A DNA stretch of 64,000 nt from an uncultured Candidatus Competibacteraceae bacterium. Lineage in GTDB: Bacteria; Bacteroidota; Bacteroidia; CAIKAF01. Numbering within the stretch: the first letter of the stretch is position 1; the number at the start of each line of letters is the position of its first letter. Made by a program: the position numbers and the translations under genes. Location: the NCBI GenBank assembly GCA_964599915.1, contig CAZRHR010000002.1:3617-67616 (forward strand). Reading direction: 5' to 3'. Under the pieces are notes generated by a model, which was given only the letters and a program-made list of their open reading frames with translations, did not search any database and was not told the DNA's origin. Of this stretch, positions 40,204 through 51,015 are shown piece by piece.

Positions 40204-40242
40204 TTTCAATACAATCCTACGTAAGCGAAAACGGGTTAAAAT

Positions 40243-40836
40243 TTAGGCTTTAAAAACCGGGATAAGTCTTTGAATATCTGCCAAAATATCGTCACAACCC
40301 GATTTTTCTTCTGCGCTAGTAATAAAATGCGCGGGCAGAGGCTCCCAAAATTCACTTAGCTGACGAAGATAAGCCGTCACTTGTTTTTGACGCGCCACCT
40401 TTCCCAATTTATCCGCCTTGGTAAAGACCAACGAAAAGGGAATGCCATTTTCGCCAAACCAAAACATCATTTCTTTGTCCACCGCTTGCAAGGGATGGCG
40501 AATATCTACCAATACGTAAAGATTCACCAAATTAGACCGCTCTTTGAGGTAGGCCGCAATGAATTTAGACCATTTACTCCGCATAGATTTCGAGGTTTTG
40601 GCGTAGCCATACCCGGGTAAATCAACGAGATACCATTGGTCATTGACCAAAAAATGATTGATGGTTTGTGTTTTCCCCGGTGTACCGGAAACTTTAGCCA
40701 ACTTATTAAGTCCTGCAAGCGCATTAATCAGGCTGGATTTGCCTACGTTGCTGCGGCCTAAAAAGGCAAATTCAGGTTTAGTAGGGGGAGGGCACTCAGA
40801 AGGCGTAGTAACAGAAGAGATAAAAGTCCAACTCAT
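40243..40836 (-). CDS. engB: ribosome biogenesis GTP-binding protein YihA/EngB
   Basis: G1 motif GRSNVGKSSLINAL and G3 motif DLPGYG are present. Start taken at MSWTF. Confidence 0.85.
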   Translation of the reverse strand: MSWTFISSVTTPSECPPPTKPEFAFLGRSNVGKSSLINALAGLNKLAKVSGTPGKTQTINHFLVNDQWYLVDLPGYGYAKTSKSMRSKWSKFIAAYLKERSNLVNLYVLVDIRHPLQAVDKEMMFWFGENGIPFSLVFTKADKLGKVARQKQVTAYLRQLSEFWEPLPAHFITSAEEKSGCDDILADIQRLIPVFKA

Positions 40837-41618
40837 GGGGTATTTGCTTTTAGCCAATTGGCTAAAATGGTATTGAACGCTTCGGGCCGCTCCATCATAG
40901 GGGCGTGGCCGCATTGTTCAATCCAGAAAAGATCTGATGTTGGCAATAGTTTATGAAAATCTTCAGCCACTTCGGGTGGTGTAATATGGTCTTCTTTTCC
41001 CCAAATCAAACATACAGGGACACGCATCCCTGGAAGTTCAGAGGCCATGTTATGTCGGATGGCAGATTTGGCCAATGAAATAATCCGAATGGCTTTGGCC
41101 TTGTTATTTACAATTTCAAAAACCTCATCGACCAAGGCATCACTGGCTACCTTTGGGTCATAAAAGGTATATTCCACCCGGCTACGGATAAAATTATAAT
41201 CCGACTTGCGAGGATAAGAGCCACCGAATGCATTTTCATACAATCCGGAAGAGCCGGTAAGGATGAGATGGCGCACTTTTTCAGGATGTTGGGCCGTATA
41301 AATTAGACCCACATGGCCACCTAGTGAATTGCCTAAAAGGGTGACTTTATCATACCCTTTAAACGCTATAAATTGCTCGATGTGGCGCGCCAGACTTTTT
41401 ACATTGGTGCTAATGATGGGCAAATGATAGATGGGCATCAAAGGAATGACCACAGTATAATCCTTACTGAAATGCTGCATCATTTCCCGGAAATTGGAAA
41501 GCGCCCCGAAAAGCCCATGGAGCACAAGGATCACAGGTCCGGAGCCCTGCTCTACATATTCGAATTCGCCTTCTTTCTTGATGTCAACGTCCATAATACA
41601 CGGGCCGATGTTCATCCC
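40833..41618 (-). CDS. alpha/beta hydrolase
   Basis: Nucleophile elbow GNSLGG is present, and the C-terminal His sits in CGHAPM. The start codon is uncertain. Confidence 0.7.
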   Translation of the reverse strand, partial: GMNIGPCIMDVDIKKEGEFEYVEQGSGPVILVLHGLFGALSNFREMMQHFSKDYTVVIPLMPIYHLPIISTNVKSLARHIEQFIAFKGYDKVTLLGNSLGGHVGLIYTAQHPEKVRHLILTGSSGLYENAFGGSYPRKSDYNFIRSRVEYTFYDPKVASDALVDEVFEIVNNKAKAIRIISLAKSAIRHNMASELPGMRVPVCLIWGKEDHITPPEVAEDFHKLLPTSDLFWIEQCGHAPMMERPEAFNTILANWLKANTP

Positions 41619-41906
41619 AAAAGTAAGGAAAAATCCATACGTCTGTTTACCTAGGGATAAATTGAAAAAGTTTATCCTTCCCACCCTTTCCCACCAAACC
41701 CATTTTTAGCTCAAACCAATGGGTAAAAATTGAAATCTTTAATTTCAAAAACTAACTTTAAAATATTTATTATCAATGAAATAACACATATATGTGAAAA
41801 AAATAGCATACATCGTTGGAAATCGCCTATTAAACAATATTAACATTGTGTGATTCAATTAATTAGCGAGGCTTTTACGGGGGAGAGACCAAAGAACTTT
41901 TCAACA

Positions 41907-41945
41907 AAGTGGGAAAATGTGGGAAAAAGTGGGGTAAAGTGGTGA
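41907..41945 (+). promoter_or_regulatory. putative MraZ operator: four AAGTGGK direct repeats at exact 10-bp spacing
   Basis: GTGGG at 41909, 41919, 41929 and GTGGT at 41939, ending ~37 bp upstream of the mraZ ATG. Confidence 0.7.
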
Positions 41946-41981
41946 AGAGTTTCTATTTTTACCCTGCCGAAAGAGCTACGC

Positions 41982-42449
41982 ATGAATTTCATTGGAGAAT
42001 ACACAGCCAAAATAGACGCCAAGGGCCGGGTTTTATTTCCCGCAGCCCTCAAACGTCAGTTGGGCGAAAACGCTCCTGAAGAGTTTGTGGTCAACCGTGG
42101 CTTTGAAACTTGCCTCGTGCTTTATCCCAGACCGGCATGGGATGCCATCAGCGCCAAGCTGCAGAAGCTGAATCCGTTCAAAAAAGAGAACAGGATGTTC
42201 ATCCGGCAATTTAACAATGGTGCCACACCCCTTACCTTGGATGGTGCTGGGCGTTTGTTGCTGCCTAAAGAACTGCTGCAATATGCCAGCATTGAAGCGG
42301 ATGTCTATTTCAGCGCCAACGGCAATAAAATTGAAATTTGGTCCAAGGCACAGTACGAATCCATGATGCAAATAGATCCTGATGAATTTGCATCCTTGGC
42401 AGAAAAGGTAATGGGTACCATGGACCTAGACACAGATGAAACCATTTAA
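41982..42449 (+). CDS. mraZ: transcriptional regulator MraZ
   Basis: Duplicated MraZ/SpoVT-AbrB-like halves, each carrying a DxxxR motif (DAKGRV, DGAGRL). Confidence 0.9.
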   Translation: MNFIGEYTAKIDAKGRVLFPAALKRQLGENAPEEFVVNRGFETCLVLYPRPAWDAISAKLQKLNPFKKENRMFIRQFNNGATPLTLDGAGRLLLPKELLQYASIEADVYFSANGNKIEIWSKAQYESMMQIDPDEFASLAEKVMGTMDLDTDETI

Positions 42450-42452
42450 ACC

Positions 42453-43361
42453 GTGGAACAGTCTGTATATCACCTACCCGTGCTGCTCAACGCCAGTGTG
42501 GAAGCCTTGGTACAAAACCCCAACGGCACCTATGTAGATGTAACTTTTGGCGGCGGCGGTCACTCCCGCGCCATTTTAAACCAACTTTCTCCGGAAGGAA
42601 AATTGGTGGCCTTCGACCAAGACCCCGACGCAAAAGCCAACCTTCCTGAAGATCATCGACTCCTTTTTATTCCTACCAATTTTCGATTCATTGAGAATTT
42701 CTTAACCCTCCACGGAATAAAACAAGTAGATGGGATTCTTGCGGATTTGGGGGTTTCTTCCCACCAATTCGATGTTCCGGAACGTGGCTTTACCCTTCGC
42801 GTCAATGCTCCGCTGGATATGCGTATGAATCCGGCACAAACCCTGAATGCCACCACCCTGCTCCATTCCTACCCGGCTGAAGAATTGGCCCGTATCTTCA
42901 AACATTACGGAGAGTTTCCACATGCCAAAAGATTGGCAGAAAGAATTGTAAAAACGCGTGAAACCGAACCGGTCAATACACCGGAAGCCCTCAAAAAATT
43001 ATTGCATGGTTTGGTGCATCCCACCAAAATCAATAAAACCTTGCCCGTAATCCTTCAAGCTTTACGCATCGAGGTGAATGACGAAATGGGCGCACTGGAA
43101 GCATTATTGTTGGCTTCACCCCAAATCATCCGAAAAGGAGGACGCTTGGTCGTCATTAGCTATCATTCTTTAGAAGACCGACCCGTAAAACACTTTATCC
43201 GCTCCGGAAACTTAGAAGGAAAACAAGAAAAAGATTTTTATGGCCATGTGCTAGCGCCATTTAAACCCGTAAAAATGGGCGCTATTGCTCCGGATGATCA
43301 AGAAATTCTCCATAACTCAAGGGCCAGAAGTGCAAAACTCCGAATTGCCGAACGCTTATGA
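42453..43361 (+). CDS. rsmH: 16S rRNA m4C1402 methyltransferase RsmH
   Basis: YVDVTFGGGGHSRAIL SAM motif and ISYHSLEDR motif. Confidence 0.95.
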   Translation: MEQSVYHLPVLLNASVEALVQNPNGTYVDVTFGGGGHSRAILNQLSPEGKLVAFDQDPDAKANLPEDHRLLFIPTNFRFIENFLTLHGIKQVDGILADLGVSSHQFDVPERGFTLRVNAPLDMRMNPAQTLNATTLLHSYPAEELARIFKHYGEFPHAKRLAERIVKTRETEPVNTPEALKKLLHGLVHPTKINKTLPVILQALRIEVNDEMGALEALLLASPQIIRKGGRLVVISYHSLEDRPVKHFIRSGNLEGKQEKDFYGHVLAPFKPVKMGAIAPDDQEILHNSRARSAKLRIAERL

Positions 43362-43717
43362 AAAAAGAAGCTGCCACCGGAGATAAAAAAGGGCTTTTGC
43401 TCAAAATCCTACAGGGAGACCTGCTGGAAAAAGAGGTTTTTCAAAAAAATCTCCTTTTCCTTTCTTTTCTGGCAGGTATCGGCATCCTCTACATCAGCTT
43501 TTCCTACCGTACGGTCAATTTAGTCAAACAAATTGAAAGACTTGAAGTAGAGCTCCGCGAATTACGCTCTGAGTCCATTTCACTTAAAAATCAACTTCGA
43601 CAAACCTCCAGAAAATTTCAAATCGCACAAAAATTGGCCGGCACAGGGATGATGATACCCAAAACTCCACCCCGTGTGATTACCCTTTCCAAAGACAGCC
43701 TTGACCTTATCTATTAA
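43358..43717 (+). CDS. ftsL: cell division protein FtsL-like
   Basis: 119 aa, a single TM helix followed by a coiled-coil. ATGA overlap with rsmH. Confidence 0.7.
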   Translation: MKKEAATGDKKGLLLKILQGDLLEKEVFQKNLLFLSFLAGIGILYISFSYRTVNLVKQIERLEVELRELRSESISLKNQLRQTSRKFQIAQKLAGTGMMIPKTPPRVITLSKDSLDLIY

Positions 43718-43719
43718 CT

Positions 43720-45822
43720 GTGAATACGCGTCAACATATTCTTAACAAAGCACGTGGTTTTTACTACGTGCTTATGTTGTTGGCAGTGGTCATTGTCTCG
43801 AAAATCATTTATATCCAATGGATAGAAGGTGATCAATTACGGGCAAAAGCCAAAGAGGTCACTTTTGTGATGAAAAGAATTGAGGCTGCGCGTGGCAATA
43901 TTCTTGCGGCAGATCAGTCCTACCTGGCGGTATCAGTTCCTGTCTATGAATTGCACATGGACACCCGCGCCTCCGGCATTACGGATGAAGTGTTTACCCG
44001 AGACATTGATTCACTTGCGGCCGGTTTGGCCAAAGTGCTCCCCGGTCGTGGAACGAAAGAGTGGAAAAGGAAACTCACTCGAGGCCGCCGAGATGGTCAA
44101 CGCTACATGTTCCTAGGTAAAAACATTACTTTTTCAGACGCCCAATATTTGAAAACACTACCCATTTTCAGAATGGGTCAGAACAAAGGAGGCATCATTC
44201 TTTCCGAATACAACCGCCGGGAAAAACCATTGGGCGATTTGGCAGCAAGAACCATTGGCCGGCCGGATGGCAACAGCCCCGGATATGGCTTAGAGGCCCA
44301 TTACAATTTAGAATTACGAGGCAAGGAAGGACTTCGCCTGATGGAAAAACTAGCCGGAGATGTTTGGCGTCCCGCAGCTTCCGAAAACACCATGGACCCG
44401 GAAGATGGCGTGGACATTATAACCACCATCGATCCTCAGATCCAAGAGGTGGCACACGAAGAACTTGCACGCCAACTTATGCTGAACCAGGCGGATCATG
44501 GTTGCGTAATCGTTATGGAAACCAATACGGGCTATATCCGTGCCATGGCCAATTTGAAAAGAGGCGCAGACGGGGTTTGCCGGGAAGAAATTAATTATGC
44601 AGTAAGCGAAAGCACAGAGCCAGGGTCTACCGTAAAAATCATGACCCTCATGGCATTGTTGGAAGACGGCTACATCCGCCTAGAAGACAGCATCCAAACC
44701 GGAAACGGAGAACTCAAAATTTACAACCATACCCTCACCGATTCAAGAATTGGCGGACATGGGCGCATTTCTGTTCAACATGCATTGGAAGTCTCCTCCA
44801 ACGTGGCCATGGCCAAACTGGTATTGCAACATTACCGTTCAAATCCGGACCAATTTGTCCAACATTATAAAAGACTGGGATTAGATCTTCCAAGCGGAAT
44901 AGACTTGGCAAATGAGCCACGTCCATTGATTAAATCCTCCTCAGATAGCACTTGGTCCGGTCTTACCTTACCCATGATGTCCATTGGCTATGAGATGCGG
45001 ATGACGCCCTTGCAAATACTTACCGTGTACAACGCCATTGCCAATAATGGCCGAATGATGCGTCCGCGGCTTGTCACAGAATGGCGCAGAAGAGGACAGG
45101 TAATCCAGCGATTCCCGCCCCAAGTGACGCAAGAGAAAATCTGTAGTGAAACCACCCTTACCGCTTTACGAACGGCCCTGAGAGGCGTGGTGGAAAATGG
45201 CACCGCTACCAATTTGAAAGGACACGAGATTCTTATTGCCGGAAAAACTGGCACAGCTAGGGTCTCCAAAGGAGCCGCAGGTTACGGGGAAAAAGGAAAC
45301 ATAGAGTATCGCGCCTCATTTTGTGGCTTCTTCCCGGCAGACCAACCTAGGTATTCCTGTATGGTGGTGGTCACCAATCCTGCCACGCATGGTTTCTATG
45401 GAAATGTAGTAGCCGGTCCTGTATTCAGAGCGGTAGCGGATCTAGTCTATTCCTCCTCTTTTGATTTAAACAGGCACCATTACGGCGACTTGCGCACCGG
45501 ATTGGCCCAACGCAAGCCTGTAGTACGCCCCACCGCTACGGCCGATCTGCTAGAGGTGTCCAGACATCTTCAATTGCCACTACCGGCTTTGCCCAAAGCC
45601 TCCTTTGTTCAGCCAGAATTTCGGTCCGAAAAAGTGAAGCCACTGCGCACTGAAGAAAACCAAATGCCCAACCTCATGGGCATGGGCGCAAGAGATGCGA
45701 TTTACTTACTTACCACCCTTGGCATTCATGTAGAAACCGAAGGACGAGGATGGGTGGTGGCACAGTTTCCTCCCGCCGGAACGCAACGTCCTGTGCTTGC
45801 AAAACTTACGCTGAAGCCATGA
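43720..45822 (+). CDS. ftsI: peptidoglycan D,D-transpeptidase FtsI (PBP3) with C-terminal PASTA-like domain
   Basis: Contains SxxK (STVK), SxN (SSN) and KTG(T) (KTGTA) motifs. The C-terminal ~70 aa are PASTA-like. Confidence 0.9.
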   Translation: MNTRQHILNKARGFYYVLMLLAVVIVSKIIYIQWIEGDQLRAKAKEVTFVMKRIEAARGNILAADQSYLAVSVPVYELHMDTRASGITDEVFTRDIDSLAAGLAKVLPGRGTKEWKRKLTRGRRDGQRYMFLGKNITFSDAQYLKTLPIFRMGQNKGGIILSEYNRREKPLGDLAARTIGRPDGNSPGYGLEAHYNLELRGKEGLRLMEKLAGDVWRPAASENTMDPEDGVDIITTIDPQIQEVAHEELARQLMLNQADHGCVIVMETNTGYIRAMANLKRGADGVCREEINYAVSESTEPGSTVKIMTLMALLEDGYIRLEDSIQTGNGELKIYNHTLTDSRIGGHGRISVQHALEVSSNVAMAKLVLQHYRSNPDQFVQHYKRLGLDLPSGIDLANEPRPLIKSSSDSTWSGLTLPMMSIGYEMRMTPLQILTVYNAIANNGRMMRPRLVTEWRRRGQVIQRFPPQVTQEKICSETTLTALRTALRGVVENGTATNLKGHEILIAGKTGTARVSKGAAGYGEKGNIEYRASFCGFFPADQPRYSCMVVVTNPATHGFYGNVVAGPVFRAVADLVYSSSFDLNRHHYGDLRTGLAQRKPVVRPTATADLLEVSRHLQLPLPALPKASFVQPEFRSEKVKPLRTEENQMPNLMGMGARDAIYLLTTLGIHVETEGRGWVVAQFPPAGTQRPVLAKLTLKP

Positions 45823-47291
45823 AGTTACTAAGAGATATCATCTACAAGGCAGGTATTGCCGCCGTCCAGGGTTCTACCCAGGTGGCTGTATCGCATGTGA
45901 CTTCAGATTCCCGTGAAGTAAAGAAATTCGGGCTTTTTGTTGCCGTTAAAGGCACCCAAACCGACGGACATACCCACATCGACAAAGCCATTGCCGCAGG
46001 AGCAGTAGCGGTGATTTGCGAAATTTTACCCGAAACCATACTTCCTGAGGTCACGTATGTACAGGTTCAAAACAGTGGGTTGGCTTTAGGCATCGTTGCC
46101 GCAAACTTTTATGACCACCCTTCGCATCGCATAAAACTTGTAGGCGTCACCGGCACCAATGGAAAAACCACCATTGCTACCACTTTATATGCGCTTTTCA
46201 CCCAGTTAGGCTACAAAACCGGGCTTTTGTCCACCGTAGAAAACCGCATCGGTCAGGAAGTTATGGCGGCCACACATACTACGCCAAATGCAGTTCAGCT
46301 GCAGGCGCTTTTACACGAGATGGTAAGTCAGAAGGTGGCCTATTGTTTTATGGAAGTAAGTTCCCATGCCCTTCACCAGCATCGCGTGGCCGGAACAAAG
46401 TTTAGGGGCGCTATATTTTCTAACCTCACCCACGACCACCTAGATTATCACGGAACCTTCACGGAGTACATGAAGGCGAAAAAGATGCTGTTCGATGGTT
46501 TAGGAGAAGATGCTTTTGCCTTAGTAAATGCCGATGACCGACAAGCTGCCTTTATGCTACAAAACTGCAAAGGCATAAAGAAGACGTATGGTCTGAAGAC
46601 ATTGGCTGATTTCAAAGGAAAAATCACGGAAAATGACATGGGTGGTTTGCTCATGGACATGGACGGAACCGAAGTATCCACGCATTTTTCCGGAGCATTC
46701 AACGGGTCTAATTTACTCGCCGTATATGGCGCGGCCTGCCTATTAGGCCAAGAGAGAATGCATGTGCTGACCACCTTGAGCACATTGCATCCGGTGCGGG
46801 GTCGGTTTCAAAAAATCCATCTTGGAAAAGGACCGGTGGGCATCATAGACTACGCCCATACCCCGGATGCGTTGGAAAATGTCCTCAAAACCCTGCGAGA
46901 AGTCCTTGTAACGGGTCAGCGACTTTTTACGCTGGTGGGTTGCGGTGGCAACCGAGATACGGCCAAACGTCCCATCATGGCTAAAACAGCAGCCCAGTGG
47001 AGCGACCAAGTCATCCTTACCTCAGACAATCCAAGGTTTGAAGAACCCGTAGCCATCTTAAAGGATATGGAAAAAGGTTTACTACCTGAGCATTTTCAAA
47101 AAACCTTGACCATCCAAGACCGCGCAGAAGCCATCCGAACCGCCGTGCGCTTGGCCAGCCCGAAAGATGTAATCCTGATTGCAGGAAAAGGCCATGAGAC
47201 TTACCAAGAAATCCAAGGCGTTAAGCATCCTTTTGATGATGCCGAACATTTTACAGCATCCATTAAACTACAATATCCAAACCTCTCATAA
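45819..47291 (+). CDS. murE: UDP-N-acetylmuramoyl-L-alanyl-D-glutamate--2,6-diaminopimelate ligase
   Basis: [11 protein letters not shown]-loop and a DNPR motif (DNPRFE, DAP specificity). Start at MKLLRD, overlapping the ftsI stop as ATGA. Confidence 0.9.
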   Translation: MKLLRDIIYKAGIAAVQGSTQVAVSHVTSDSREVKKFGLFVAVKGTQTDGHTHIDKAIAAGAVAVICEILPETILPEVTYVQVQNSGLALGIVAANFYDHPSHRIKLVGVTGTNGKTTIATTLYALFTQLGYKTGLLSTVENRIGQEVMAATHTTPNAVQLQALLHEMVSQKVAYCFMEVSSHALHQHRVAGTKFRGAIFSNLTHDHLDYHGTFTEYMKAKKMLFDGLGEDAFALVNADDRQAAFMLQNCKGIKKTYGLKTLADFKGKITENDMGGLLMDMDGTEVSTHFSGAFNGSNLLAVYGAACLLGQERMHVLTTLSTLHPVRGRFQKIHLGKGPVGIIDYAHTPDALENVLKTLREVLVTGQRLFTLVGCGGNRDTAKRPIMAKTAAQWSDQVILTSDNPRFEEPVAILKDMEKGLLPEHFQKTLTIQDRAEAIRTAVRLASPKDVILIAGKGHETYQEIQGVKHPFDDAEHFTASIKLQYPNLS

Positions 47292-47293
47292 AG

Positions 47294-48502
47294 ATGTTGT
47301 ACGAGTTATTTAAAATATTAGCTGCCTATGATGTGCCTGGAGCCGGGGTTTTTGCCTTTATCTCCTTCCGCGCAGCCATGGCCATGATTGTATCGCTTTT
47401 GATTTCAGCCGTATTGGGTAAAAAAATCATTGGCGTATTGCGTCGTCAGCAGGTCGGAGAAACCATTCGGGACCTCGGACTGGAAGGCCAAATGAGCAAA
47501 CAAGGCACGCCGACCATGGGAGGTTTAATTATTCTGGCCGCCATTCTTTTACCCACCTTACTGTTTGCCAAACTCAATAACATTTATGTGATTCTAATGG
47601 TGGTATCTACCATTGGTCTAGGGCTCATCGGATTCTTGGATGATTACATCAAGGTTTTTCGCAAAAACAAAAAAGGGCTTGCCGGACGGTTCAAAGTGAT
47701 CGGGCAAATTGGCATCGGGCTTTTCGTAGGAATCACACTTTACTTCCATCCGGATGTTAGGGTGCGCACCTTTCAACCCATGACGGTAGAAGGACAAACA
47801 CAAGTAAGTTTTACAGACCAGAAAACCTTGGAAACCACTTTGCCTTTCGTGAAAAGCCATGAATTCGACTATGCAGAGCTTTTAAACTGGATGGGACAGG
47901 ATGCCATGCAATATGGCTGGTTAATTTTTATTCCGGTGGTCATTTTTATCGTAACGGCCGTGTCCAACGGTGCCAACATGACCGACGGGCTGGACGGACT
48001 GGCCACAGGAACGTCCGCTATCATTGGCATGGTCCTAGGAATTTTTGCTTATGTAAGTGGTAATGTGAGGTTTGCGGACTATTTAAACATTATGTACATC
48101 CCCGACTCGGGAGAACTGGTGGTGTTTTCTGCCGCATTTGTAGGTGCGTGTACCGGGTTTTTATGGTACAATGCCTATCCAGCACAGGTGTTTATGGGCG
48201 ACACAGGCTCGCTTGCATTGGGAGGTATTATTGCCGTTTTAGCCGTGGCCATTCGCAAAGAACTCATGATTCCCATTTTATGCGGAATTTTTCTGGTAGA
48301 GAATCTTTCTGTAATCCTCCAGGTAAGCTATTTCAAATACACGAAAAAACGATTTGGCGAAGGGCGCAGGATTTTTCTTATGTCGCCACTTCATCACCAT
48401 TATCAGAAAAAAGGCATCCATGAGGCTAAGATTGTGGCCCGCTTCTGGATTGTTGGACTTAGCTTGGGCCTACTCACCATCATAACCCTGAAACTGCGAT
48501 GA
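47294..48502 (+). CDS. mraY: phospho-N-acetylmuramoyl-pentapeptide transferase
   Basis: [13 protein letters not shown] and [12 protein letters not shown] motifs. Confidence 0.95.
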   Translation: MLYELFKILAAYDVPGAGVFAFISFRAAMAMIVSLLISAVLGKKIIGVLRRQQVGETIRDLGLEGQMSKQGTPTMGGLIILAAILLPTLLFAKLNNIYVILMVVSTIGLGLIGFLDDYIKVFRKNKKGLAGRFKVIGQIGIGLFVGITLYFHPDVRVRTFQPMTVEGQTQVSFTDQKTLETTLPFVKSHEFDYAELLNWMGQDAMQYGWLIFIPVVIFIVTAVSNGANMTDGLDGLATGTSAIIGMVLGIFAYVSGNVRFADYLNIMYIPDSGELVVFSAAFVGACTGFLWYNAYPAQVFMGDTGSLALGGIIAVLAVAIRKELMIPILCGIFLVENLSVILQVSYFKYTKKRFGEGRRIFLMSPLHHHYQKKGIHEAKIVARFWIVGLSLGLLTIITLKLR

Positions 48503-49848
48503 ATTACGACGTTATCGTATTGGGAGGGGGAGAAAGTGGTGTAGGCGCAGCGTTGTTGGCACATAAACATGGGCTGAGCGTGTTCTTGTCCGAAGCCAAA
48601 GCCTTACAACCAGCGTATCAAAAAATGCTGGACGAGCATGGAATACCGTATGAGGTAGCGGCAGCGCAAATGGCCATCCTGCCAAAGGCGGATGTATGTG
48701 TAAAATCACCGGGCATTCCGCCTAAAGCTAGCGTGGTCCAAAAAATCAAAGCCGCCGGCATTCCTATCCTGTCCGAAATTGCCTTTGCAGGACGCTTTAC
48801 CAAAGCCAAAATCACTGGCATTACGGGTACTAATGGCAAAACCACCACCACCCTGCTCACTTATCATGTGTATAAAAAAGCAGGGTTGGATGTACGATGT
48901 GCAGGAAATGTAGGTCGGGGATTTGCCATGGATTTGTTCATGCACGACCACGATCCCGCACATTATGTGTTGGAACTTTCAAGCTTTCAACTGGAAGGGC
49001 TGGACACCTTTAGAATTCATACGGGCATCCTGACCAACCTTACACCAGATCATTTAGATCGATACGAATATACGGCCGACCTCTACTACGAGGCCAAATT
49101 CAACATGTTGCGAAGCCAAACTGAAGAAGACGTTTTCATCTGGTGTGCAGACGACGAAGAATCGGCCAGAATGATGAAAAACAGGACGTTTCGCTCCCGT
49201 GCCTTGGCTTTTGGCACAGGCCCACGTCCACATTTAGCGGCTTGGACCACAGATAACGCTTTATACCTACCCATAGATACAGATCAAACACCCTACGAAA
49301 TAATGATCACAGAATTAGCCATAAAAGGAAAGCACAATGTATACAACTCTTTGGCTGCCGCATTGGCTGCTAGGGTTCAGGACATTGCCAAAGAAGACAT
49401 TCGCGAAGCATTTGCTGATTTTCAAAACATTGAACACCGCCTTGAGTTTGTCAACAAAATCAAGGGTATTGACTATATCAATGATTCTAAAGCAACCAAC
49501 GTAAACGCGGTATGGTATGCCTTGGAATGTACCGAAGGGCCCATCATTTGGATTGCGGGAGGTGTAGATAAAGGCAACGATTACAGCAGTTTAGTTCCCT
49601 TGGTAAAAGACAAAGTAAAAACCTTGATTTGCTTGGGAACCCACAATGGTCCATTGTTAGATGCCTTCAAAGATGTGGTCCCCACCATCATGGAAACCCA
49701 AAGCATGGAAGAGGCAGTGAAAGCCTCGTATTACATGGGTAAAAATGGAGACAAAGTGTTGCTATCCCCAGCATGTGCCAGCTTTGATTTATTCAAAAAC
49801 TACGAGGATCGCGGTAGACAATTCAAATACTGGGTAAACGAACTCTAA
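48499..49848 (+). CDS. murD: UDP-N-acetylmuramoylalanine--D-glutamate ligase
   Basis: [13 protein letters not shown]-loop and the Mur ligase fold. Confidence 0.9.
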   Translation: MNYDVIVLGGGESGVGAALLAHKHGLSVFLSEAKALQPAYQKMLDEHGIPYEVAAAQMAILPKADVCVKSPGIPPKASVVQKIKAAGIPILSEIAFAGRFTKAKITGITGTNGKTTTTLLTYHVYKKAGLDVRCAGNVGRGFAMDLFMHDHDPAHYVLELSSFQLEGLDTFRIHTGILTNLTPDHLDRYEYTADLYYEAKFNMLRSQTEEDVFIWCADDEESARMMKNRTFRSRALAFGTGPRPHLAAWTTDNALYLPIDTDQTPYEIMITELAIKGKHNVYNSLAAALAARVQDIAKEDIREAFADFQNIEHRLEFVNKIKGIDYINDSKATNVNAVWYALECTEGPIIWIAGGVDKGNDYSSLVPLVKDKVKTLICLGTHNGPLLDAFKDVVPTIMETQSMEEAVKASYYMGKNGDKVLLSPACASFDLFKNYEDRGRQFKYWVNEL

Positions 49849-49860
49849 GGAAAAAGAAAC

Positions 49861-51015
49861 GTGAAACGCCTTCTGACATACATGCAAGGGGACCGACCCA
49901 TCTGGATCGTGGTGATTCTATTTGCCATTTTATCCACGGTGTCGGTTTATTCTGCAGCAGGTAGTCTTGCGTTTCGACATCGGGGCGGAAATGCCGAGTA
50001 TTACTTGCTCAATCGTTTCCTGATGGTGCTGTTGGGATTGGCCTGTATGTTTGTGGCGCACCGAACACCCTATACGTGGTTTTCCAACATTTCCGTTTTT
50101 GGGATGGTCGTCACCATTCCCCTCCTGGTCATTACCTTGGTCATGGGCGCCAATGTAAATGAAGCCGCCAGATGGCTTCCTATCCCTGGATTGTCTCAGA
50201 CTTTTCAAACCTCTGATGTAGCTAAACTATTTCTTCTTCTGTATATCGCAAGGGTATTGGCCAAAAGACAAAAAGTAATCAAAGACTTTAAACAGGGGTT
50301 TTTGCCAGTGGCCATCCCTACGGTATTGGTGTGCGCCCTCATTTTACCCGCCAATTTTTCTACTTCAGCACTTTTGTTCCTTACAGCCACCTTACTCATG
50401 TTCGTGGGTGGGATTTCATTGAAACATTTGGGCAAATTATATGGAACGGCGATTGCCGGCTTTGCCCTGCTTGTGGGGATATCCTTCGCAGCTCCAAACA
50501 TTTTGCCAAGATTAGAAACGTGGAAAAACAGAATTGAAAACTTCTACGAAGAAAAACCGGAGGACACCTACCAAGTCGAACAAGCCAAAATGAGCATTGC
50601 ACAAGGTCGATTTCAAGGGGCTGGCCCAGGAAACAACATTTCAAAGTATCGTTTACCCCAGTCCTATTCTGACTTTATCTATGCTTTTATGATTGGAGAG
50701 CTGGGTATCGTCATTGGTGGACTATCTGTACTTCTGGGCTTTTTAATCATCATGTACCGTGTAGTTCGGATTGCCACCAAAACGGATAAAGCGTTTGCCA
50801 CCTTTGCCGCCCTAGGCTTGGGCATGAGCTTGGTCATTCAAGCCTTCATCAATATGTGCGTGGCTGTAAATCTGATACCTGTCACGGGACAGCCACTTCC
50901 CTTCATTTCTATGGGAGGCACCTCAACCCTATTTTCCGGACTTCAAATTGGCATTATTTTATCCATTAGCAGAAGCATTCAAAGCCAGGCAGAGGAGGGG
51001 CCCGAAGATGAATAA
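49861..51015 (+). CDS. ftsW: peptidoglycan glycosyltransferase FtsW (SEDS family)
   Basis: 10-TM SEDS protein. PFISMGGTS lies near the C-terminus. Confidence 0.85.
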   Translation: MKRLLTYMQGDRPIWIVVILFAILSTVSVYSAAGSLAFRHRGGNAEYYLLNRFLMVLLGLACMFVAHRTPYTWFSNISVFGMVVTIPLLVITLVMGANVNEAARWLPIPGLSQTFQTSDVAKLFLLLYIARVLAKRQKVIKDFKQGFLPVAIPTVLVCALILPANFSTSALLFLTATLLMFVGGISLKHLGKLYGTAIAGFALLVGISFAAPNILPRLETWKNRIENFYEEKPEDTYQVEQAKMSIAQGRFQGAGPGNNISKYRLPQSYSDFIYAFMIGELGIVIGGLSVLLGFLIIMYRVVRIATKTDKAFATFAALGLGMSLVIQAFINMCVAVNLIPVTGQPLPFISMGGTSTLFSGLQIGIILSISRSIQSQAEEGPEDE

